Shown here piece by piece: positions 1-12,000 of a DNA stretch of 64,000 bases. Position 1 is the stretch's first letter. Each line of letters opens with the position of its first letter. The stretch lies in contig CAWGMQ010000011.1 of NCBI GenBank assembly GCA_963823665.1, positions 1,104,167-1,168,166 of the forward strand, written 5' to 3'. The position numbers were made by a program, and so were the translations under genes. The stretch is from an uncultured Planctomycetota bacterium (lineage in GTDB: Bacteria; Planctomycetota; Planctomycetia; Isosphaerales; Isosphaeraceae). Below the pieces are notes generated by a model. It saw only the letters and a list, made by a program, of their open reading frames with translations, was not told the origin of the DNA and ran no database searches.

Positions 1-3000
1 TGTCGTATAGCCGGTCGCCGGCGTTGAACCGTTGTCTGTCCCCGAGGTATTGGCCGAGTTGACGTAGATCGTGGTGGGAGGCCTGGTGGCCGCGGGCTGC
101 TGTTCGAAAGCCCCGACGTCGACAACGCCGGTCGCGTACTCTGGCCGGGTGAACCCGCGCCCGTCGATTGTTGGTACGTCGACACCCGGTATGGTGCTGC
201 TTCCCGCGCCCAGGGCGAGGCTGCCGCTCAGGAGGGCGATGGTCTCGGTGGGGCCGCCGTTACTGGCCAGTCCCGCGGCCAGGCCCGGGTTGGCGGCACC
301 GACCAGAATCGGATTGATCGAGCTGCTCACCGTGCCGGTCTCGTCGACACCGACCAGGTTGTTCGAGCTGCTCGAAGTGATCCCGGTGCCCGCGATATCG
401 CCTTCGCCGGAGGCATCGGTGTTCTGAGCGACGATGGTGTTATAAAGATTGGCCGTGGCGTCTGTCAGATCGAGCCCGCCGCCGGAGCTGGTTGCGGTGT
501 TGTAGGCGATGGTGTCGTTCACCGCTGTCAGCGTTGCGGCGCCGTAGTACCAGCTCGGGACGGCGATGCCACCTCCTGAGCCGGCTGAGTTGTCCGCGAC
601 GGTGCTGTTGGTGATCGTCAAGCCGCCGCCTGGAAAATCGATGCCGCCTCCGTACCCAAGGCCGGCGCTTCCCGATGCGCCATTGGTCCCGGCCGCACCA
701 AGGACACCATTGCCACCCTGCCCACCGGCGCCTCCGGCGGCGGAATTGGCGGCGAACGTGCCGCCCGAGACGGTCACCGTGCCACCGGTGATATAGAGCC
801 CGCCGCCAAATCCCGCGCCACCGCGGCCCCCCGCAGCCCCGGCTCCGGTTGCGGCTGCGCCTGATGGGGTGGTTCCGCTGCTCCCATGTCCGCCCTGACC
901 GCCCTGACCGCCCACCGCTCTGTTGGAATTGATGGAGACGTTATTCAATGTCAGGTTGGCGCTCGATTCAAAGATTCCGCCTCCCGTGGCCGTGGCGCCC
1001 TGGCCACCGGTTTGACGCGTGCCGCCCGTCCACCCCGCCGCACCGACGGCGGAGTTGCCCGCAATCTTGCCGCCGGAGACCGTGACGACACCACCGGCGA
1101 TATAGATGCCGCCGCCCTTGGCCGCCGTGTTGTCTAGGATGGTGCTGCCGGTCAAATTCAGCGTGCCTGAATCAAAGATGCCGCCGCCGTTGCCGTTCGC
1201 GTTCTGGTTCTTCTCGATGATGTCGTCGACGAGCGAGAGTGAGTCACCGCGCTGGACAAGAATGGCGGACGAACCGGAGAAGTTCTGGATCGTCAGGCCC
1301 GAAATGGTCACGCCCAGAGCGGTGACGTCGAAGGCGGGAGCTGACTGACCGGTGCCGTCCAGGATCGGGGTTTGCCCTGCCGCGGCCTCGATGGTCAGAT
1401 CGGGTATGGAAACGGAATCGGATTCGTTGTAGCCGTCGCCGGTCTCCACCAGAATCGTGTCGCCGGCAACGGCGGCATCGATGGCGCTCTGGATTGTCGT
1501 ATAGCCGGTCGCCGGTGTTGACCCGTCGGCCGTCCCGGTGTTGGCCGAGTTCACGTAGATCGGGACGATTTCCGTCAGCGAATTCTGGCCCGAGGTGAAG
1601 TCACCGTCAGCGATAAAGAACGCGATGATCACGTTATTCCCGTCCACCAAGCTTGTCGAAGGCAAAGTGGCCGTGGCCGTGCCCGATGCGAGCATGACGC
1701 CGCCGGGCGTGAGATCGGTACCGGTCGTTGAGTCGTAGAAGTCGACCGATCCGCTCGGTGCAACGAGGCTGGGAACGCTCGCCTGGACCGCTGCCGTCAG
1801 GGTGACGTCCTGGCCCGGGAGCGGGAAAATCGCCGAGCTGGACAAGGTGATCGAGGTCGGGATGGATTCCGCGACGCCGTTCACTTCAAATGTGTCGCCA
1901 AACTCGGGCACGCTGTTGCCCGTGGTATTCCGGACGAAGTCGCCGCCACCGTTTACGTCGAGCGTGTTGCCGCCGAGATCGTCGGGAGTACCGAGGTCGA
2001 GTTTGCCGCTGCCGGTGATGCTGATGGCCGGTTCCGAGAAGCCGGTCGATGACTCGATGACATCGTTCCGCAGGATCAGGTTGCCGCCGGTGACCAGGAT
2101 GGTCGGGGAGTCCGAGTCGGTGGTGAAGGTCGCGCCGGAGACGATCACCGTTCCTTGTGTGACCACGAGCGCCGGTGAGTGGCCGGCGAACGTCGTTGTG
2201 GTGCCGTTGCCGGTCACGACCACCGTCACTCCGGCCGGAGGATTGAACGACGAGTCGTTGAAGGAGCCGCTGCCGAGGTTGACGGTGATCGTGACCGGGG
2301 TTGTCTGCGCCGTGAGAGCGTTCACGGCCGAGCTAACGGCCTGCAAAATGGTGTTCGTCGACGCCACCAGGGTGGGCGAGGACGTTGCGGTGATTGCCGC
2401 GGCGAGATTTGCGGCCGTCACGGGGCTGACCACCTGGCCGCCCGAAAGGGTGCCGGAGCTCGAGCCGAAGTTGCCGGTGGCGCTCGAGTAGACCGCCGTG
2501 ACGGCGTGAGGGCCGGCAGCCAGAAGAATATCGGAGCTGGCAGCAGTGCCGACGATCACCGGCGCCGGCGCGCCAGCTTGGTCCCGTCCACGCTGAACTG
2601 CACACTGCCGTCAGTGGCTGGACTCGTGGAGCCCGTGATGTAAACCGTGGCCGTGAAGACGACGGGCTGTGTGGGGCCCGCCGGGTTCAACGAGGTGACC
2701 ACCGTCGTGGTGGTTGCCGCGGCCGCGACGTTCAATCTCTCGTCCACGGGAACCGCTTGGAAATACGTGGCATTCCCTGGCTGCGAGGCCTCGATCACCA
2801 CCGTGCCCGCTCCGGTGATCGTGAGGACGTCGCCCGCAACGGTTGCCGGTCCCGACTTGACGGCGAAAATGGTCCCCAGGCCCGACGAGGCGGTCGCAGT
2901 GAGCGTGATGGGAGCGGCACCGAAGGTCTCGCCGGCGGGCGCAGCGAAGCTCACCGTCTGGCTCTTCGTGCCGTTCGGCGTCTCATAGGCGCCGATATCC

Positions 3001-6000
3001 ACCGTACCGTTCAAGATGCGCGGGAAGCCCGTGCCCCGCTGATCGGTGGTGATGCCTGAGGGGATCAACCCGTTATTGCCGTCGTTAATGGCCGGGCTGC
3101 CGAGAAACAAGGGCATCGTCTCGGTCGGGCCGCCGTAATATCCGAGCAGACCGAGATTGGCGGCGAGCGGCGAGGCGACGGTGCCCGTCAAGTCTTTATC
3201 GGCGCCGGAGGCGAGCCAGCCGGTGCTGCCATCCGTCTTGCCGATCAAGTTGGTCCCCTGGGAGTTAACAAATCCAGAGACATCGGGCGCGCCGTTGGTG
3301 GCCATGTTCCCCGCCACGATCGTGTTGCCGATGTGCATATGAAACCCATGGTAGTAACTTCCCCGGGTTTGAATGCCGCCGCCGTAGCGGGCGGAGTTGT
3401 CGCTTACTGTGCAGTCGATGAGGGTCGCCTGTCCAAAGGCCCACAGGCCTCCGGCGTTTGCCGAGGCGGTGTTGCCGCTGACGGTGCAGTTGGTCAGTGT
3501 GGCTACGCCTTCGAGCACGAAGACGCCCCCGCCGTCCCCAAAGGCGCCGGTGGCTTGGTTGACGCTGACAGTGCAGTCGAGGAGCGTGGTCGGGCCGGCG
3601 CCGGCGGCGAAAATGCCGCCCCCGCTTTGTGCCGTGTTGCCGCTGACGGCGCTGTTGATCAGCGTGGTCTTGGCGCCCGAGGTGTAGCCGGCAGTGCTGT
3701 CGGTATCCACGCCGCCGCCTTCGGTTGCCGAATTGTTGCTGACGGTGCAGTTGGTCAGCGTCACCGTCGTGCTCACGGCCCCGTCGTTTTCAAGGCCGCC
3801 GCCAAGGTGGGCGGAGTTGCCGCTGACGGTTGAGTCATTCAATGTGATCGTGCCGTAGTTGTAGTTCTCGATGCCGCCGCCGCGGCCGAAAGTGCCGGTG
3901 GCCATGTTGCCGCTGACCGTGCAGTTGGTCAGCGTGGCCGTACCTGGTTGGGAAGAGGCAAGGCCGACGTTGTATAGACCGCCGCCGCTGAACGCTTTAT
4001 TGCCGCTCAGGTTGGAGTCGAAGAGCGTGGTCGTGCCGAACTCGTTGTTTACGCCGCCGCCGACTCCGGCCATATTGTCGCTCAAGGTGGAGTTGGTCAG
4101 CGTGGCCGTACCCTCCTTGTTGTACAGTCCACCGCCGCCGTTGCTGGCGGTATTGCCGCTGACGGTGGAGCTGGTCAGCGTGGTTGTACCTCCATCGTTG
4201 AACACGCCGCCGCCTGCGCTCTGAGCGGTGTTGTCGCTGACGATGCAGTCGGTCAGCACGGTCGAGCCATTGTTGTAGGTCATCAGCCCGCCGCCGATGG
4301 TGGCGGAGTTGCCGCTGACGGTGCAGTTGGTCAGGGTCGTCGTGCCGCCGTAGCTGGCCAGACCGCCGCCGTCGATCGCGGTGTTGCCGCGGATGGTGAC
4401 GCCGCGGAGATAGGTCGTGCCGCCGGCATCAAACAGGCCGCCGCCGTCGCCGGCCGTTCCAGAACCGCTCGCATCGCCCCCGGAGACGGTGACATTCTTG
4501 AGCGTGAATGTGTCGCCGGCGGGCTCTTTCACGAAGAAGATACGGAACCCCGACGTGTCCGTGGGCCCGGGACCCGCGATCACGAGGCCCGGAGCCGTGC
4601 TGGCATCGATCGTCATCGGGGCCGTGATGGCCAGCGCCGAGAAACCGTCATCGGTCGCGTCGCCGACCGTCGTCAGGTAGATGGTCTGCCCGGCAAGCGA
4701 GGAAGCGAAGGTGATCGTGGGGGCGAATGCGCCGGCGTCGGCCGCGTCGATTGCGGCGCGGAGCGAGCCGGGCCCCGAGTCGTTGGTGTTCGTCACCAGG
4801 TAGGTCTGCGCGATCACGACCTGGCCGCCGGAAAGGGTGCCGGTGCTGGTGCTGAATTCGCCGGTTGCGCTCGAGAACACCGCCGTGACCGTATATGTGC
4901 CGGTGGCCAGGGACGTGCTCGAGATCGTCGCGGTGCCGGTTGCGCTCAAGGTCACCGGGGCGCCCAGGTTGGTGCCGTTCAATTCAAACTGCACGCTTCC
5001 CACGGGGACTGTTCCTGTGCCGCTCGAGTTGCTGACCGTGGCCGTGAAGGTCACGGAGTCGTCCTCGCCCGCGGGATTCATCGAGCTGGCCACCGCCGTG
5101 GTGGTTGCTGCGGGCGCGACCGTGAGCACGCTTGATGATGTGTAAGTGATGTTGTAGTTCGTGAGCCCGGTGCCCGTCGCGGCGCTGGCAACGATGGCGT
5201 AGGTGCCCGGCGCGGCCGACGCCGGCGCCCGGCGCTGGTCACGGTCACGCCGGTAACGCTGTCGCCGGTGCCCGACACCAGGCCGGTTGTCGTGAAGGTC
5301 GCAGTGCCGAAGGTCGCCACCGAGCCGTAGATCTTGCTGGAACCAGGATAGCTGACGTTGATGGTCAGAGGCGCCGGGAGAACCGTTTCACTCAGACTGC
5401 CTGAGCTGCCGAAGAAGGTCCCGGTCGGAGTGTAAACGGCGCTCAACGACTCGACGCCCACGGGCAAAGAGGAGAGGGTGAACGTCGAGGTTGCGCTGTG
5501 GCCGCTGCCGCTCAAAGCGGAACCTTGCCCGAGCTGGGTTTCCCCTTCATAGAAAGTGACGTTACCCGCCGGCACGCCGCCGCCCGAGTCGCTGACCGTG
5601 GCCGTGAACGTGACCGAGTGGCCGTAGGTCGCGGGACTCGTGGACGCCGTCACGGAGGTGTTCGTCACATAGTAACCATTGATGAAAATATCGCCGGCCG
5701 GCGCGTACACATTGAGCTGGCCGCCGATCTGCACATTGAGCGGCGCGGCGCTCGACCCGACGGCGGTTTCCGCCGTCAACGTGGTGCTGCCGGTCGTCTT
5801 GATTTGAATGCCAGAACCGGTGCCCAGGATGCTTCCCGGACTGGAGATGTTGACCGCGCCCGAGGCGGTCACCTGGCCCAGGGTCAGGATCCCGGAGGTG
5901 TCCTGAACGGTGATCGGCCCTCCGGCGGTCATGTTCAAGGTTCCGGTCGCCTTGACGAAGAGCTGGTCGTCGGGTGGAAGCACGAAGCCGGTGACCGTGT

Positions 6001-9000
6001 AGCCGGAGGGCTGCTGGCCCAGCGGCACGGTGACGGTTTGGCCTTGGGCGTTCACGGCTTGCTCGTTCACTTCGCCCGGGGCCGATGCAGCCGCGAGTGC
6101 CGCGGACTGGGTCGATGTGAGGGTCCCTGCGGCGGTGAGGGTCGGGGAGCCAGCGGCCATCGCGCCCGCCGAGAGCGTGATCGTGGTCGAGTTGTTGACA
6201 GTCTCGATCGTCGTCCCCGGCGTCACGCCGGTGCCGGTGACGGTCTCGCCGACGAACAGTTGCGCCGTGCTGCTGATCCCAGTGACCTGGGTCGAATTTT
6301 TTGTGAGCGTGCCGGTGAAGGTAATATTCTCGATGTCCCCCAGCGGGAGGAAGATCGGCGCGTTGGTCTGGCCGATGCTCGCGCTCGAGATCAGTGTCAC
6401 ATTCACTCCGGAAATATTCGGCGTCGAGACCCCGACCGGAGTGGCGAGCGGCGGGTTCACCCCCACCTGGGGGAGCGCGTCGCTCAGATCCGAACTGGGC
6501 CAGGCCGCGTTGCTCGTGAGGTTCGACACCTGCTGCTGTGTCGCCACGTAGCTGAACGATGGGTTGAAGGTTGCGAATTCCGGCAATGCCATCCAGTTCG
6601 TGCCCAGGTTCTGGATGAAGAAGGCAATAAAGCCCTGGTACTGCGAGTTGGCGTACGTCTCGATCTGGGCGTTCGTCAACTGGGCCGGTAAATAAGGTTC
6701 CGCGGTCAGAGGCCCGGTGCCGCTCTGGGTCGCGCTCGCGGAAAGCGTGATGGTGCCGGTTGTGGTTGGGGTTGAAGCAATGATACTCGCGATCGTCGTC
6801 CCGGTCGGGATGCCGGCGCCGGTGACGGTCTCTCCGACGAACAGCCCGGCCGTACTGCTCAAGCCCGTGACCTGATTCGTTCCATTCAGTGTGCCGGTAA
6901 AGGTCTCGGCCAGGGCCAGGGCTGCCGGTCCGCTAAAGAGCGACAGGCCGCCCGCGGTCAGGGTGAGAGCACCATTCTGGACGCTGCCGTTTTCGAGCAG
7001 TTGCCAGTACCCTGCGTAATTGGCGTCGACCTGGTTTTCGAAGGCGCTCACGGTCTGATTCTCGTCCGCGAGCGGGTTCGTCAGGTCCAGGAGGAGTTGC
7101 TGGCTCGGAACCGCGCCGGCCTGGGCCAGAGGTGTCGCCGCGGCACCGAAGATCTGCCCGTTCTGCACGTTGATGGTGACGTTGCCGTTCGTCGAGACGA
7201 TCTGGCCGACGTCGAGATTGCCGCCAGTTCCAACATAATAGTCCTGGTCCAGGTCGATGTCGTCGAGCGCGGTGACGTTCACGACCCCCTCCGCGAAGAG
7301 CACCAGCGGCGCGGCCGCCGATCCAACCTCGCCGGTCGCGGAGGTGAGCGTGATGTTGTTCGCGAGGATCGAGGAGTAAAGGCCGGGCGCTGGATCGAGA
7401 CCGCCGGTCGCGTTGATGACGACGTTGCCGCCGCTGTGGTAGGTCTGGACGTTTTCGATGAGCGCCCCCGAGCCCAGGTTCAAGTACACCCCCTGGTCGC
7501 CGGCCGTGACGTTGAGCACGCCGGTAGGTGTCTGGGCCGTGAGGTTCTCGGGCCCAGTGACGTTCGCGGGCGCCGAAAGCGTGAGCCCACTCGGCGCGCT
7601 CAGGGCCTGAATCGTCGTTCCAACCGGGAGGTCGGTGCCGGTGCCGGTAACGGTGTCCCCGACGGCCAGCCCCGTTGCATTGCTGATGCCCGTGACCTGA
7701 TTCGAACCGCTGGTAAGGGTGCCGATAAAGGACACTGTGGGCGTCGGCTGCGTCAGGGTCGCGTTCAAGGGTGCCAGGACGGTGAACGTCTCGGAGCTAT
7801 CGTCCATCGCGTTCGACGAGAGCGTGATCGTCGTCGAGCTGTTGATCGTCTGGATCGTCGTCCCAGCCGCGATGCCGGTGCCGGTGATGGTCTCGCCGGG
7901 GAAGAGCCCGGTCGTCGTGCCGATGCCCGTGACCTGATTCGTTCCATTCAATGTGCCGGTGAAGGTCTGGTCGATGCCGATGCCGCCGGAGGATGTGAGC
8001 GTGAGGTTGTGTGACGTGATGCTCGCGGAAGCGCTGCTGTCGGTGATGCTCGAGGCGGTGATCGTCGTGGTGCCGTTGGGATTGGCGATATTTCCAGCGA
8101 GGATGACCGGGGCATTCGGCGAGTCAATATTGACCGAGCCCTGGGCCGCGCCGGCGAAATTGATGGCGATCGGGTAGTCCGCTTCGATCGCGTCTGTCAG
8201 CGTCAGTTTCACCCGGGTGGGGTAGTAGTAAGCCCAGGGGTCGAGATCCTTGCCGCTTGAGTTTTTCACCGCGGGTTTGGTCGGCTTGAACCCGAATTGT
8301 TGATTGACATAGACCGGGTCAAAGACAAACCAATTCTGCACGCTCCCTTCAATGAGTTCACTGAATGCAGATGTGCTGTAGCCGGATAAGGCGGCGGGGA
8401 AGAGTGATTGGTCGAACGGTGTGCTTCACGGGTCGTTGGGGTTCTGGAAGGACCACGGAGAAAGAGTGTTGCTCGGAACCGACGTAACCGTCCGTGTGAG
8501 GGTTGCCTGAACCGACCAATAGTAATGCAGGTTTTGCATGGGGGTGTAAATCGTCGACGTCCCGGTCGTCCCGCTCGGGTTGCTGACGGGCTGCAGGATC
8601 GAGCCGCTGGCCAGGATCCCATCGGCCGTGGCCGCGCCCTGGTACGTCGTGATGGCCCCACCCGGATGGTAGACGTAGACTGTTTGTACGTAGAGCTGGG
8701 CGCTGTTTGGCGGGGTGGTCGTGGCGTGTTCCAGGTCTGTGATCACGACTTCGGTAGGCGGGGTCGAGCTCAGGGAGCCGATCCCGGCGTTCACGTTGTT
8801 CACAACCACGGGGATGTTCGTCTCGTTGTCGATCGTCACCTGGCCGTTGCCGTCGTTGACGTTGATGTCACCCGACAGATTGGTGCTCATGATCCTGCCG
8901 GCGAGCGACAGGTAGCCGGCGCCTGAGGAGGCGTTCACGTTATTGACGATGATCTGGTTGGTGGCCGCGTCAAACTGGGCGGTAATCTGATTGTCGCTCG

Positions 9001-12000
9001 AGGAGACGGTGCTGACCGGAAGGCTGAAGAGGGACTGCAGGGGATTGTGTGTGTAAAGGGACTGATCGGCCTGGATGGTGCTGTTCAGGGACGATGGCAG
9101 GTCGACCGACCAGTTGTTGGGCAGCCCGACATTGATGGTGCCGTCGACATCGATGATGGCGGCGGTGATGAGGACCTTTCCGGCATTGAGCGCGCTTGAT
9201 CCGGAGATGAAGGTCTCGGCGACGCTGCCATCGACCGTCGCGGCGGCGGAGAGCGAAAGCGATGTCGGAATCGCGTCGATGGTGTCGGTCATGTCACCGG
9301 TTGCGGTTGCGGCATTCGATAAGGAATAGACCGGATACCCATGGGATGTTTTGACTGTGATCGTCGTCCCATCGGGGATGCCGGGACCGGAGATGGGATA
9401 GCTTTGCCCGTCGGTCAGGCCCAGCGCCGGGTCCTCGTCAAGGCCCTGCCCATTGCTAAAGAACACACCGTCTTTTTGTCCGGAGTTCGTCTCGAGGGTG
9501 TAGGTGGGGTAGCTGATCGACTGGATTGTCGTCCCAGCCGGGAGACCTCCACTGGTCCCCGTGATGGTGACGGCCTCACCGACGGCCAGCCCCGCCGTAT
9601 TACTGCTCAGGTTCGTGATCAGGTTCGAACCGGCCGTGAGTGTCCCGGTGAAGGTCACTGGCGTCGGCTGCGAGGGAAGCGGATCAAGGGTGATGCTCTC
9701 ATCAGAACCGGTCAGGGTCTCGGGCAAGGAGAGCGTGATCGCAACATTTTTCCCATTGTTGCCGCTGGCGGTAAAACTCAGGACCGTCGTTCCCGGCTGG
9801 ATGCCGTTGCCGCTCACGGGCTCACCGTCGAACACGACCGGCCCAGTATTGGTCGTGATCGAAGTAGAGCCTTTTTTCAGTTTGGCGGTGAAGGTCTCCG
9901 ACTGTTGAAAGGTCGGCTCGACGGGGACTACGGGGAAGTAGCCCTCGTTGCTCGAGTTCATCTGGTAGTACTGCCCAACCGGACTCTCGGACTTCGCGTC
10001 CGTCTCTGTCACCGGATCGGGATTGGTGGACGAGGATACCGAAGCATTGCTACCCGTGTTGGTGCCGAAGAAAACGATGCTGGTTCCCGCTTCTGGTACT
10101 TGTGTTCCGTCGTCATTGAGGTATTCCAGAACTGGTGTCGATGGCGCATCATTTGTCCCGGCCGCCGTCAACAGTGATGAACTGGGCGTATCGCCGACCT
10201 TGCCGATGAGAGCCTTGGTGAGAGCGGTGTTGTCCGCTGCGATGCTACTGTCGTCGCCGTACTCCGGGAGATCGTTGAACATGGAGTTGGCAACGAAGGC
10301 AACGGCGAGGTTGGCGTCCAGATTGGGCCCGGGCGTGGTATCGGGATTACCGCCCGGCCAGATCATCTCGGAGTCATACTGCGAGTACGGAGACTGGCCG
10401 GTCACCACAGTCTGCCCGGGCGTGTCGATCACCAGGGCGCCGTTCGGCGCGGAGATGGCAACCTGGTTGGCTTGGATGGGCGAAAGCTGTACGACGGACC
10501 CGTTCGCGTCAGCGATCGAGACCTGCCCGCGCAGATTTTCCACTTCGCCGGAGATGAACACGGCCGGCCCGAAGCTCGAGCTGCCCACCGACTGAGTGTA
10601 CGTTTCCTGGATGTTCACGACCGGACTGGCGCCTGCGGCCACATTATTCAGACTCGCGATGGTCAACCCGGAGGATGCAGCTTGCTTGGCACCGGCCGCG
10701 CCGGTGTAGTCCACGTCGCCGGCGAGCAAGGGCGAGATGTTGATCGCGTTGACGATGAGGTAGTCAGGGCTGTTGTTGATGATGTTGATCGAAGGTGCGC
10801 CGTAGGCCGTGACGGTGCCGGTGCCGGAAAGGGTGGCGGCGTTCACCGTCACGTTGCCGCCGAAAGCGGTCAGCGAGCCGAGCTGGATGGCGCCGACGGT
10901 GTCCCCCTGCGGGACAACTTCGCCGTCGAGCACCATTTGATCCGTCGGGCTCAGGTTGCTCTGGTTGATGACCTGATAGGGGTTAAAAGTCGGATCGAAG
11001 CTTGCCGTGAAGCTCGACATCAACGAGCCGCCGGAGAAAGCAGGGTAGGCCAGGTCGGGGTTGGTAAAGGGGGCGAGATAAGGCACGTTGTTGACGTTGT
11101 TGACGTTGGGGGTCGTCACGCCGTTGGCGGTGATTTCGGTGCTAAAGATGCCCGAGTTCGCGACGTTGGGAATGTTGATGTTGAGCACGTCGAAGATGCC
11201 GGCGGTGACGGTGCCGTTGATCGTCACGGTCGAGGTGGTGGGGCTGCTGGCCGAGCTGTCGGAGTTCTTTTCCGGGATCATCGAGGTGCCGGTCGCGGTG
11301 CCGCCGGTCTTGATCGGGATGATCCAGAGCTCGTAACCGTGGCCGATTCCCGTCGCGGTTGCTATTGGGGCGCCGTGGTCCGCCGCCAAGGTGATGTTCT
11401 GCCCGCTCTCGATCTGGTCGCCCGAGCCCACGGACAGCGACGCGTTGCTGGCGAGCGTCGTGAGGGCGTGGGCGATGGGGATGCCAATAAAGCCCCGCGC
11501 GTACGACTGCGCGTTGGCGAAGCCCAGCATGCTTGTGTCGGGGTTGCTGTCGGCGGGATTAGCGTCGTCCCCGGCGGTGAGGCTGATGTTGCCGTAGGCC
11601 GTCAGGTTCGTGTCGGGGCCGAGCGTGAGGATCTGGTTCGACGTGACGTCGGTTGTCGCGCGGGCGGAGGCCAGGGCGCCGGCGAATCCGAACGTATTGG
11701 CCGTGCTTGTGTTCGCGGCGTTGACCTGTGTGTCGGTGCCGATCCCGATGTTCTGGTTGGTCGTGAAATTGTCGGGTCCCCCGGACGTTGAGCTGGTCGC
11801 CACGGTGTTAATCAGGTTGGCCGTGAGAGACGAATTGGTGCCGCCTCCCTCGAGCGCACCGCCGGCCGAGAGCGCGACCTGGTCCTGAGTGTTCAGCACG
11901 CTCGACGCCGTCAGGAAGATGCCGGACGTGCCCGTGCTGTTCGTGCTGGTCGACTCGACCCAGATCGTGACCAAGCTGCCGATCGTAACGTCGGCGTTAC

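Noticed and set aside
8426..8428. TGA as selenocysteine or an alternative genetic code
   Set aside because: No redox motif context or evident SECIS; TGA ends other genes in the window and TGG is used for Trp
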